The notes: generated by a model not told the origin, from the letters alone. A stretch of DNA of 64,000 nt from Gordius albopunctatus (GCA_964276515.1 OZ193909.1:18352001-18416000), one strand, 5' to 3'; positions 11,586 through 23,700 are shown, numbered from the stretch's first letter. Numbers and translations are program-made.

Positions 11586-12868
11586 TAGAGCTGTTAAGAA
11601 CTAGTTCATTTTGAACTAGTTCATCGAACTAGTTCACTTTTGTCTGAACTTCGAACTGAACTAGTTACCTTTCCAAAAATTGAACTATGAACTTGAACTA
11701 GTTCCTTTTTTTTAAAGTTGAACTTGAACTTGAACTAGTTACTTTTTTAGTATTCTGAACTTGAACTTTACAATATAAATTAACTAGTTCATCGCACAAA
11801 TTATTATTTAAAATGAATTTATAAGCCGAGTTTGATTGTTTTATAAACAAGACGATTTATTAAACGCGCCTTTAAATATTTATAGAAAACTGCAATCGAA
11901 CCTGTATTATTGTCAGTAAGAATCATTTGTTTAATTGGGATTTATTTTTAAAGATGGAAATTGATAGTGGTTCTACTTCTAATATATCTTCCGAAGTGGA
12001 TAGTGTGAATGATGCAGCATGTTCTGATCTACCCAACTCTTTACCTTGGCCTTCGATGGAAGATTATTTTAAATTCGTATCGTCTAATAAAAATTCAATC
12101 AAGGCCAGGTGTAAATTGTGTGTAGGTAAGAAGATTATTGCTGCATCAACAACATCAACAGCCAATCTATGGAGACATATAAAGGTAATAATTAATGAAT
12201 GAGTATTCGTATAAATAATATTCTAAAATTAGGTTTCTCATTCTCGTAAAGTTGATGAAATAAAAAGTGCAATTAAAAATAAACCTTGGAATTCTTGTGA
12301 CCTTAAAAAGGAAAAATTTAAACAGATGGTTCTAGACCGCCCTATGGATAAACAGTCCACCCAAATGGCAATTATAAAATATATTATAAATGCCAATCAG
12401 CCATTTTCATTATGCGATGATCAACATTTCAATGAATTATTGAGGACATTCAATCCCAAAATCAAAACCATATGTAGGCAAACCCTCACAGGAAGGGTAA
12501 TGAAATTAGCTGGAAGAATGAAAGACATTCTTAGAACAAAATTGTTGGCCCCCAAATATGTCAGTACTAGAATTGTATAATTGCTGATTGAACTTACATT
12601 AAAAAACTAATTTTGGATAAGATAAAACGTTTTTCAACTGGATTAAATTTCTATAATATTAAAAAAATGAACTGAACTATGAACCGAACTTGTACTAGTT
12701 CATTTTGTAAAATTTGAACTAAGAACTGAACTAGTTCGTTTTTTTTTGGATGAACTTTAACTTGAACTAGTTACTTTTAAAAAAATATGAACTTGAACTA
12801 ATTTATTTTTGCAAATTGAACTATGAACTTGAACTAGTTCATATCTAAGATGAACTTTAACAGCTCTA
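11586..12868 (+). mobile_element. Internally deleted hAT element with BED zinc-finger transposase N-terminus
   Basis: TIR TAGAGCTGTTAA and perfect TSD GTATTTGG (11578-11585, 12869-12876). Many palindromic GAACTAGTTC subterminal motifs. CKLC..STTSTANLWRHIK-VSH across a 48-bp intron (12185-12232), then QPFSLCDD..F. Confidence 0.92.
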
Positions 12869-14787
12869 GTATTTGGCTATTAAAATTCCTATTTTTTGGC
12901 GCAAAAGAAGGCTTGCGGAGTATTTTCCTTCGGGAGATCTCTTTCCTATCAATTTAAAAAAGGCTAATGACTGTTTGCCAAAAGTAGCGGAACAGGAAGC
13001 CACGATAGGGATAAAAATTTTAGAAGGGATTATATCACGGTATTTATTGGTTTTGCGTGTTTCCGCTAGAGCTAGTGGGTCAGCTTAATTGTTAGAGGGT
13101 GCAAATACGTTGATGCAGGTAAAGTCCCAAGATAGGAACTTACCATCATCCCATGGAATTGTGGATGTTCCATCGGGGCGCATTCTACTCTCAAGAGTGG
13201 GTTCTGATGGTTCGAGAATAGAAGGGAAGCCGGCTTTTAGTAAAGCGGTTTGAATCAAAAGATTGATCTTTTGATGGCGAATGAAACGGAATTTGTTGAG
13301 TTTACAATGTAAGGGGTGATGGGCCCAAACATCAATTTGTTTCTTACAATTTTTACAAGTCAATTGCTTGCAAATTGGGATCCCCAGTCTCAAGGCGATC
13401 GCGTAAGTAATTTCGGGGTTTGAGAGTAAGAGCCCAGAGAACTTGCTCGGAATGCATTCCAGCCGTTCGTGACCAGAGTCAGTCGTTAGTGACCTGAGAT
13501 TGAAGTGCTGTACGTCGTCACAACTCGAAAGTAGGTAAGCGACGGAGCGTGACACTATACTGGCTGGCATCCCAGTCTCGTTGTTTGACTGAATTTGGAA
13601 TAATGGTTCCTGGCATTACATTTTCAAGCCATGATGTTAAAGCTGTTTGCGTTAAGAAATCTTCCGTATGGGTCGTCAATTTAAAAACGAGATCTTTCAC
13701 TAAATTGTAAGACGAGAGAAAGGCAACTAGGCTAATGGTCAAGGGTGACCTTATTCCTAATCCTCCAAATTTAGTTGGAAGAGTGGCTTGTAACCAGCTA
13801 GTATCATTGAAAGATAAGTTTAGAATTTTTTCTAGGAGATTTTTAATTGTGGATTCGTATAATTTAAGGATATCTGTGTGTAAAAAAGCAGCAGCTGATC
13901 GAAAACAATGCTGAATCTTGGAAATATTAAAAAAGTTTTTTATCATAAAAAAAGCGTGATGTATTGGTAACAATTTTAAAAGTTCCATTTTTGAGGCCAA
14001 AAAGGCTAAATGTTTATTTAAAAAGTCTTGCAAGCACGGAGATCCGCCTATGGGTGAACCGAGCATAGAAAGGTTTTCCTTAGCCACGGTGGAATAAGGT
14101 TTAAAAATCGGGTATTGGTCACAAGCAGGTGGTTGTAAAATTTCGCATTTGGCCTCGTTGAGCGTTAGGTTTAAGGGTACACATAAGTCTTTAATGATGG
14201 TGATGGCTTTGGCAACCTGATCATAGCTGCCCGCCAGAGTCGCATCATCTAGGTACCATACATGTAATGATAGATCGCATTGTTCCTTAATTAGGTTAAT
14301 AAGTTTCTTTATCCCGCAACAAAATAATGGTGGCCCAAGGGGATCACCTTGTTGAAGGCCCTGAGCAGATTTGATTATAAAGGAGCCAAAATTTAAAAGG
14401 GATGGTGAGCCGTAGCTTTGTAAGATATAATTTGCATATTGGGGAAACTCTTCCAAAAAACTTTCCATAAAAACGTTTCTATTAAGCTGATTGAAGGCAT
14501 TTGAGAAATCCAGTTTTATTAGACAGTGGTCGGGATGAAGGTTTTGTATTGTGATACGACCTGCGTGGCTTGCAGCTTCACACCCAAGCCTAATTAATGA
14601 GGTAAAAGGGAATTGGTCAAAGAGGATTTGATTCGTTTGCAAATTATTTTAGAGATTAAACGGCGAAATACGCTCCCAACGGCGATGGGTCTCAAGGAAT
14701 TGTTAGGTTTTTTTAAAGCTAAAAGACGTGCCCCCAAGAGGACTGGTCTGATCTCTTGAGGAACATTGACATTTACAATTAAGTTAC

Positions 14788-15001
14788 TGTTAAGGAGTGA
14801 TATTTATTCACGTAAACTATTAGGAGTGTGATACAAAAACACGACGACAAAACAAGTGTCTTGGCGTATATATCCAACGCCTTTATATGTTACAACCAAT
14901 TAACGCTAATTTGATCGCCAACGCGCGTGTAAATAACATCAACACGCAGGTAACTATCGTATCCCTGGAGGCACTTTACCTCTCTACAGTTCCCCCCTTT
15001 T
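14788..15001 (-). mobile_element. Isolated ~200-bp LTR with adjacent polypurine tract
   Basis: TGT...ACA ends (14788-14988). On the minus strand PPT AAAAGGGGGGAAC precedes TGTAGAGAGG; TATAAA and AATAAA lie inside. Sits at an internal deletion of the CRE ORF. Confidence 0.65.
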
Positions 15002-15323
15002 CACAAAGATAAGGCCTTAGGTAGCCTAGGGCCTGGGGGGTACACTCTTACCTGATAAAGGGCATCTAAATGTTGTGGGGCCATGTAATAAAAAGCAATT
15101 ATTTTTGTTTATAGATATTTTCCTATTGCAGGAGGGACAGAGAGCTTTGATTAATGTCATAGTGATAATTTAGGTTATAAGGTGAAGAGTCTTACAGAGG
15201 ATTTAATAAATCACTTTCTCTTTTCAGCATTTTAAGGAAACTTTTGTTTGAAATAAATGAATGTTCATAATTGGTTAAAGGTTCAAAGGATTCATCAAAG
15301 GTCATATTAAAACTTGTAAGGTA

Positions 15324-15766
15324 TTATTAGACACAAATCATTGAATTATTTTCTAGACCTGCTTGCTATTTGATTAATCATATTCAGTTGTTTTGCTGAG
15401 GTGATTCTATTAAAAGTCAAACTTTGAGCTTTAGAAACGTTGTTAGTTTTATTTAATAAGAAATTTTGTAGATCATATAAAAAAGCATCTGTATTTAAAT
15501 ATTGCCTTTTTATAAGCAAATGAGCATATGTGTAAAACATTGCTATGCTATAACCCTGATCTGGGTAGCTTTCCAGATGCAGACAAAGGTCCCGCGCCTA
15601 ATGACCATTTGCGATAAAGATAAGGAAAAAATTTATGATTAATATATCTATCTTATTATATTATTAAAACTATATAACAAATCGAATATTTAATAAATAT
15701 TTATCAAATATATTATTTATGGCTTAGATGTGCTATTAATCCAAATGCTTGCACTGGGAGACCTTT
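15324..15766 (+). pseudogene. Inverted paralogous fragment of the metalloprotease gene (matches 21949->~21505)
   Basis: Reverse-complement match covering the HMCK..GPAPNGTICGKDK exon and the start of the next. It has a 2-bp deletion, a lost GT donor and an altered acceptor. Confidence 0.9.
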
Positions 15767-15837
15767 TTGGTATTCTGCGATACCAACTGATAAAAAGGAT
15801 ATAGCAATTTATTCCAGGCAGCAAGGCTTTTATTTCT

Positions 15838-18238
15838 TGTAGGAGTAAAATGTTTCACGAGTAAAAATTACATGACTGATTATCTTTTTGTACACATAAC
15901 GTTTATATAATTTATAAGGTGCATAATCATCATTATTGGAAAAATCGATAATGTTCATGGAAGATTTAATTCATCGATGCTCTTCCATGAAGATCGATTA
16001 TTTTCTGGGAATTGACGGTAGTGACGTCAATGATAATGTTCATGGAAGATTTAATTCATCGATGCGCTTCCATGAAGAACGATTATTTTCTGGGAATTGA
16101 CGACGTCACTACAGATACTCTCTTCCCACATATATTGATAATGTATCGATAAAAAAAATATATATATATAAATCATGTGCAATATTCGCGAAATTTCTTC
16201 GGCCAATGAACATGTCTACCCTTTCGTGTCACTATCTTTGTTTAACCTCTTCGGCTCCATCTGTTGATGGTGTTTGTGTTTTGTTGTTGCCAGAGAGGGG
16301 TGGGTCATCTGTATTAAAATAACTCGGTTTCAGACGGTCTATCGAAACCGAATCCTTCTTGCCATTCTTCTCGATGATAAAATACTTGTGCTCGCGTTTC
16401 AAAACTTTGTAGGGGCCGTCGTAAGGTGCAGAGAGTGGCTTTCGAACCGCGTCGTTTCTCACGAAGACATGGAATGTTTCAAACAAATCGCGGCTAATTT
16501 GTTCTTTAGTTGTTCCGTGCCGTTTGGGTATAGGATATGGGATTTTTTTCATTATTTGTTTAAGTTTCTCTACGAAATGATTTACCTGTATCTTCGAGGG
16601 TTGCAGGGATTCAAGTTGTGAAAAATATTCTCCGGGGAGTCGTAGATTAGTTCCATAAATCATTTCTGCTGCTGTTAGACCTATATCTTCTTTAATTGTA
16701 GAACGTATACCAAGCAGTACCAATGGTAGGGCTTTGTCCCATTTAATCTGCCCCATGGCCTTTAAAGAAGCTTTAAGTTGTCTATGAAATCTTTCGACTA
16801 GTCCATTAGCTGATGGATGATATGCTGTGGTGTTAATGTGCTCACATCCTAGAATGTTAGATAATTCTTTGAATAGGTTAGACTGGAATTGGGAGCTTCT
16901 GTCTGTAGTGATCGTACTAGGGACTCCATAATTAGCAATTTTCCTGCTATTACCTGTTGCAAGACAGCACCCACTGCGGAATCTGAGGCGTCAGTGGTTA
17001 AGGTTATTTGGATATTAGGTCCCGTATCCAAAAAGGTTAAAGCAGTAAAATTACAAAGCGCAGCTTTTGCTCTTTGAAATGCTTTTACCTGATCCTCGTT
17101 TAAGAATATTGTCTTCTGTGGATTTTTTAACAGATCCGTCAAAGGTTGCAGAATGCGGGAAATTCCCGGCAAAAATCTTCGATAAAAGTTGATCATCCCC
17201 AAGAATCTCCTAAGTTTTTTATTTGAACCCGGTATTGGAAAATCGCGAATGGCTTCAATCCTCTCTGCTAAAGGAGTGATACCTGCGGCGGTTATTTTGT
17301 GTCCCAGGAATTCTAGTTTACGAACTCCAAATTTGCATTTTAAAGGATTAATTCTAAGGTTAAAATCATGCAAACGCTGTAGGACGGCTTTGAGATGATT
17401 TTTGTGTTCGTTTTCGGATGAACTGGTTATAAGGATGTCGTCAATGTAAGCGTATGTGCCGTCGAGACCTCGTAGAACTTCATCGATAAATCTTTGGAAC
17501 GTTTGGGCTGCGTTTTTAAGGCCAAATGGCATCCTACGGAATTCATAAAGACCGAATGGTGTAGTAACTGCGGTCTTGCAGATGTCTTCGTCGGCCATTG
17601 GTATATGATGATAAGCCCTTACCAAATCCAATTTACTAAAAATGGTTTTTCCGCATAAATTAGCCGTAAAATCATGAATATGTGGAATAGGGTACCGATC
17701 GGGAGTAGTTACTCTATTTAGACTCCTGTAGTCCCCACATGGTCTCCAATCTCCTGATTTTTTAATGGCTAGATGCAACGGTGATGCCCAGCTGCTTTCC
17801 GATTTTTGAATGATTCCTAACTCGAGCATGAATTCAAATTCTTTTTTGGCAGCTTCCAGCTTGTCCGCTGCCAAACGCCTTGGCCTTGAATGTTGTGCCG
17901 GTCCCATTGTTGAGATATGATGACTTATGTGGTGGTTGGGTAATTGGCAATTGAAATCGGCCGGTGCTATAAGTCGTGGGAATTCTTTTATTATCAGATC
18001 AAAATCGGAATGAGGTTGTATATATCCTACACGAATTCCTGATGTATGATGGGGGGATGTTTGGCCTCTTGACGTTAGTTGAGTCGTTCCGTCAATCAAC
18101 CTTTTGTTTTTAATATCTACAATTATATTGTACCTGTGTAAAAAGTCCGCCCCGATAATAGGTGAGTAAACATCAGCGACTAGAAATATACATTGAAGTT
18201 CGCGTCTCAAACAAAGTCCAAATTTAGCAACTTTTGTT
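15838..18238 (-). mobile_element. Ty3/Gypsy LTR retrotransposon, 5'-truncated and internally deleted (protease tail, RT, partial RNase H, integrase core, PPT, 3' LTR)
   Basis: [47 protein letters not shown]. Integrase [30 protein letters not shown] (~16935-16232). PPT TGGGAAGAGAG precedes TGTAGTG at 16113; the LTR far end is uncertain. Confidence 0.92.
15947..16102. repeat. Two 71-bp direct repeats (period 85), each with a hairpin, inside the Gypsy LTR
   Basis: gataatgTTCATGGAAG...CTTCCATGAAga..tctgggaattgacg at 15947 and 16032. Confidence 0.85.
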
Positions 18239-18239
18239 T

Positions 18240-19035
18240 TAGTGAAAGGAGGTTGTTCAAGTTTATCATAGATTTTTTCACAATAATTTTTAGCAGAATC
18301 TAAATGAATGTTAGTAAATAATGACTGAATATCAAAGCTTACAAGTGAAAATGAAGTCGGTAAACTACAGTGTTTCAATCGATTAATTAGATCTAAAGAG
18401 TTTTTTTAAATTAATGGTGAAGATACACGTGGTTGCAATATTGATATAAGGTACATGTTTAGATTAAAATTGTGGGAGTTATAAGATGACACAATTGGTC
18501 TTAATAGAATTAAAGGTTTATGAATTTTGCGTAACCCATAAATTTGAGGAGTGCGAGATGTGGACGGTCTTAACTTCCAGTATAACGAAGTGCTGATTTG
18601 GTTATCTTTTGAAAGATTTAATAAAAAAGTTTGTAACTTTTTTTCCCTAGCATTAGTAGGGTTTCTTTTCAATTCTTTAAATAAAGTATTATCTTTTAAA
18701 ATATCAAATATTTTTTTGTTATAATCATCTGTGTTCAGAACTACTAGTTGACCGCCTTTGTCTGATTTACAAATTCTTATATTAACTTTAGATTTCAATC
18801 ACTTAACAACTGAAAAAACTTCCTGATCTTTAATTAATTTCGATTTGTTAACTTTCAACGGGCAGTTATTATTTAAGGTGTTAGATAAAAAAGATTCTAT
18901 TGAGTTTTTTAAATGTAAATTGTCTGGATGTTGTTTGTCTATAGTGGTTAGAATGTTATTAAAGCTGTTCAATGTAGGTAGTAATTTGAGTTTATTGTTG
19001 TCAAGAAAGAATTTAGATCCAATATTAAGCAAATT
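18240..19035 (-). mobile_element. Penelope-like retroelement fragment (N-terminal domain and first RT motifs)
   Basis: One frame with two in-frame stops: [51 protein letters not shown]. Confidence 0.88.
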
Positions 19036-19240
19036 GATAATGCTGGTTTATTCACATACACACACCTACCCCTATAATTACCTGTTACCATTATACACAC
19101 CATATTGCCTTTTTTCTTTACCCTATTGTTTCGTAACCACCTTGTTTACTACTTATGCCTTATTTTATAATTGCCATTGTTAATACTATTCTTATAATGG
19201 CTATTCGTTCATTTTTATAATTCCTTTTGTATTTTACCTT

Positions 19241-19460
19241 ATCCTTTATCTTAAAGTTGTTTACCCCACTATATCCTTTATCTTAAAGTTGTTTACCCCA
19301 CTATATCCTTTATCTTAAAGTTGTTTACCCCACTATATCCTTTATCTTAAAGTTGTTTACCCCACTATATCCTTTATCTTAAAGTTGTTTACCCCACTAT
19401 ATCCTTTATCTTAAAGTTGTTTACCCCACTATATACTTTATCTTAAAGTTGTTTTTCCAC
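19241..19460. repeat. 32-bp minisatellite, ~6.8 copies
   Basis: Unit ATCCTTTATCTTAAAGTTGTTTACCCCACTAT, head-to-tail with no spacers. Confidence 0.97.
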
Positions 19461-20290
19461 GCTATTTCAATAAGTGATAACTCTCTTGTTCCAACCAGTG
19501 TTCGCTATTATTCACCCTCCTGTTTCAACTGGTTTTTATTACTTTTGTTTTTGTAATAACTAAAAAAGTTTCAAAGTTATAATCAATGTTAATTAGTTAT
19601 TATTAAACCCAAAAGATAATGATTATTAAGGATTAAGGCTTACGTTATTAGGATTAAATTTATGGATATTTGTTCTTACCATATCTTTAATTTATTACTT
19701 CCGAATTTATCCTTTATTTATGTATAATAATGCCCAAGAATCCGCGCGAATTAACAGCGAAGGTAATTATATATATTCGAAAAAAAGAATAAGAATATTA
19801 ATTCTAACAAAGAAATATATGCGGATTGATATCTATCGTGTGATGTATTACTCCGCGTTTACAAATAAATACGAGCTAAATAATGATGGGAATACTCGTA
19901 TTAGAATCTCACTATAATATATCGCGTAGAGAGCAATAGGGGGAGAGGGACTACGCGTATACATTAAGATGCGTATACTTTAATAAATAAGAGAGAGATA
20001 ATGTGGGGGTTTTGTGTGTGTGGGTTCACAGAATAAATGCCCTGTACGCTCCTTCAAGCATAATTGCCTTGCCCGCGCAGCTGGTCTTGCTACGCGTAAT
20101 TAATCGTGGAGGTAGATTAGGGTGGAGGGAAGGAAATACTCATGTAGTAAGACTACAACAGTTTATAAATTAAATCTTGTCAAAACCTTATATATACCTT
20201 CATTTGTAATTTCTCTTCTCTTTTTAATTTAATTTCATCATCGGTTTCTTATTTGTAATTCACCTCACTTGTAATCTACTTTTTTTTAAA

Positions 20291-20327
20291 TTATTGATAA
20301 TGGTTGCTGGACGACCGAAATATCTAA
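20291..20327 (+). ncRNA. Candidate minimal type I hammerhead ribozyme (Penelope pseudo-LTR type)
   Basis: TTGATAA-T-GGTTG-ctgga-CGACC-GAAA-TA-TC: U3-A8 core variant, 5-bp stem II, minimal palindromic stem III, only a 3-bp stem I. Confidence 0.45.
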
Positions 20328-20721
20328 ACCCATTTCCACCCTCTCATTTTATTATTTCATCATTACCATTATTGGAAACAAATTCTATATTATTCAAAAA
20401 ATTGGTATTACATAATTATATTTAGTATACAATGTTTATTGATCTTTATTGAAATCGTTAGATGTATTAAATTCATATATATAAACAATCTTTTTGCCAC
20501 GATTCCATATTAAATGTATATATATTATAAATTTGATTGTATAAAACGCTTATAAAATATTCGTCATTTGCAAAACATGCAGAAAAGTTATAAAAAATTT
20601 TGGTAGACAACGTATATAAAATATGATGATCTATTTTATAAGTCTAATAAAGTTTTTCTATTTTTAGATGAGAAGTCGTACGATTCTAATTTTAAAATAA
20701 TTATTTAAATCGATAAGTAGT

Positions 20722-23700
20722 TTATATATGCGTCAGGAAGTTCCGACAAGCTTTATCAACACATATGATAATGCCCCCTCTCTGTGAATTTGAAACACAT
20801 ACCATATTGAGATTTCTAGGGCGTTTGCTTAATCTTAAAACTTGACATCTTTCATCTATATTATAAATGTATGGTTTAATCTTTTTTTCAAATAATCTAA
20901 ATACCTTTCATCCCTATGAAGTATCTATTGGATTCATCATAAGTGTAGAATTGATTGGGTAGTACAGATCGACAATTCTATAATAAATGAAGGTGTAAAA
21001 ATTTTTATTGTTATCTTTAGATAAAAATGCTGTGGGCCCATTATAAAAACTTATTTGATGATATATCTAAAAAACAATTGTATATAACGTATATTTATTT
21101 GTTCCATGTAACAACATAACTATTGGCAACAATTGAAAAATACAGAAATTTTAATAAAGTTTGATTTTAACAAAAGCTGGACTTACTATCATATTTGCGC
21201 ATGTGTCAACGTCCACCGAGCTGCATAAAACATAAATAATAAGAAATTTAAGAGAAAAAACGGATAAAAATTTATTATTAACAAAATAAAATTGACATTT
21301 GCAAAGAGAGAAGCATAAGATACACGAGTTGTCTTACCTAAGTTGCAGGTTCAAATTTAATCCGTTTGATAAGCAGTACTGTAAACACCGTTTGTGAGTA
21401 TTTGAAAAACTGGTAGTATGGCTACCTATTAATTTGTTTGAGGAAGTAGCGATATTTTTATTGTTGTAGGGGGAAGAATGTAAATTCTGAGTTGTTAGTT
21501 GATCAAAGGTCTCCCAGTGCAAGCATTTTGATTGATAGCACATCTAAGCCATAAATAATAAATTTGATAAATATTTATTAAATATTCGATTTGTTATATA
21601 GTTTTAATAATGTAATAAGATTGATATATTAATCATAAATTTTTACCTTATCTTTACCGCAAATGGTACCATTAGGCGCGGGACCTTTGTCTGCATCTGG
21701 AAAGCTACCCACATCAGGGTTATAGCATAGCAATATTTTACACATATGCTCATTTGGCTATAAAAATGCAATATTTAAATACAGATGCTTTTTTATATGA
21801 TCTACGAAATTTATTATTAAATAAAAGTAACAATGTTTCTAAAGCTCAAAGTTTGACTTTTAATAGAATCACCTCAGCAAAACAACTAAATATGATTAAT
21901 AAAATAGCAAGTAGGTCTAGAAAATAATTCAATGATTTGTGTCTAATAAATTTGCTTGCTAAAAATTTCACTTGAAATTGCAGTTACATAAGCTAATATA
22001 TTATTAATTTTTCTTTAGACTAAAAACAAGCATAAAATTGCATATTATACTTGCCGAGAATAGCTTCGATAATCAGATCCAAAACGGATTTGGCAAGCTG
22101 AATCTGGATGCAAGTTATAATAGTGTTCATACAAAGTAGCATCCACTTTGGGAGGAGCTTCAAGTCTATAAGCATTCATATAATAGCTTCTATAACGATT
22201 GTTGCGAGATATGTTTACGCTGTTTGAAACATCATCATTTCTTATCAAACATCGTACGTTGTCTCTAATAAATTATATTTAATAAGCTTCTATATAGGAT
22301 AAACATGTAAAAACCTATAAAATAAGTTGTTTATTACTCATTCTCTGTTACCCAGTATCAAACATAAGATTTACATGGTGTAAACAAATAATCTATAATA
22401 TTGTAATGCCATATAACTATCTGCCGCAGGCGAACTATGCCAAACTTTAACCAAACACGTTTTAAAGTAAGTCATACTATTCAATAATGTGTTTCAATAA
22501 ATCTAGAGCTTTTTAACGTTCGCAAAAGCTCTTCGGTGTATCCTATTTATACAGACATAGATTTATCAACAATTGAATGCAAAAATATAGTGCAAAATTA
22601 ATAATTCGTAATTTCTATTTTGTTATATTTTTAATAACGTGTTTTATCTTTGTTATTTAATGCCTAAAGTAATATTATAAATCAAATAAAGTCATAGCCT
22701 ATCGCAATGAATCTCTTATACGCGTTTGCGTAAACCTCTTCTTCTTATCAAAAACATTAGAGTTCATACTGCGTACGCGCTGTTTACTAACACATATCTC
22801 TCTCCCTTCACCTACTCTCCTCTCTTTCTCCTCCACTCACGCCCCCTTCATGTGTGCTTGGATAGATATGGGGGCGGGAGTGGAAGAGATGGAGAAGGGA
22901 GAGAGAGATGTGTTAGTAAACAGCGCGTGTGTAGTATGCACTCTAATGTATTCCTTTTTCCAGACATAGTGGGACGAATTTTGATAAGGGGAAGGGGTTC
23001 ACAAAGACGCAAATAAAGTTAAATATAGAGGTGTAACAAAAAAATAAATTAATGTACCTATAGATGAAATTTTAATCTACATGAATATATTACTATTTTT
23101 CACTAAATATTAAAAATACCGTGGCAATATAGCCTCAAAAAGGCTTAAAAAGGGCATTTTTGGCACCTTCAACCTCGTATATCTAAAAAACTGGTAATTG
23201 TAGAAAAAAACTAAAAACAGATTATTTTTCAGTGCAAAATTTTCTATCAGAATTATTGGTCGGATTGCGGGATGTAATCACAAAGACAATATTTGTAGAG
23301 CTGTGTTATTAACTTCATTTAGAACCGACCTAAATTTAAGCCTTCTGGGGAACCATATAGGGACATGCTATTTAATAAATATATACCGCAAAGCAAATTA
23401 TTCATAATTATTGAATCAAAAGAGATACAAATAAAAAGTTATTATACATTGAGTTGGCTAACAATTCGCGACTACATGCAGACCACTTTTTTTGACCTGC
23501 GTAGGCGGGTGCCATGAGGAAATTGTTGCCACGACATCTCCCATTTGCTCCGTCATGCGGTAAGCCAATGCTATCAGGAATCCAAAGTGAAATTAAAGTT
23601 GAAATAAACTTATGGTTAATTGATCATTAAAAAATCGACAAATTCGTCTTTGCACAATTAAACTCTTTATAAAAAACTAGATAAGCCCGGCAAACGTTGT

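Larger units (their letters stand above)
11424..15323 (-). mobile_element. Second CRE-like non-LTR retrotransposon (diverged subfamily), interrupted by a hAT and an LTR fragment
   Basis: N-terminal MTLIKALCPSC..HGPTTFRCPLSG from 15160; RT 14787-13560 (QQGDPLGP, WYLDD); RLE RPDG..WD. C-terminus QKIGILIAKYNYKAFSDTWLLAFDEDEE* rejoins across the hAT. AATAAA plus poly(A) at 11424-11459. Confidence 0.9.

Noticed and set aside
19241..19460. CRISPR-like 32-bp repeat array
   Set aside because: Units are contiguous with no unique spacers, no cas genes are present, and the context is eukaryotic.
22965..23255. Transib-like end CATAGTGGGACGAATT
   Set aside because: No partner TIR or 5-bp TSD found, so it cannot be delimited.
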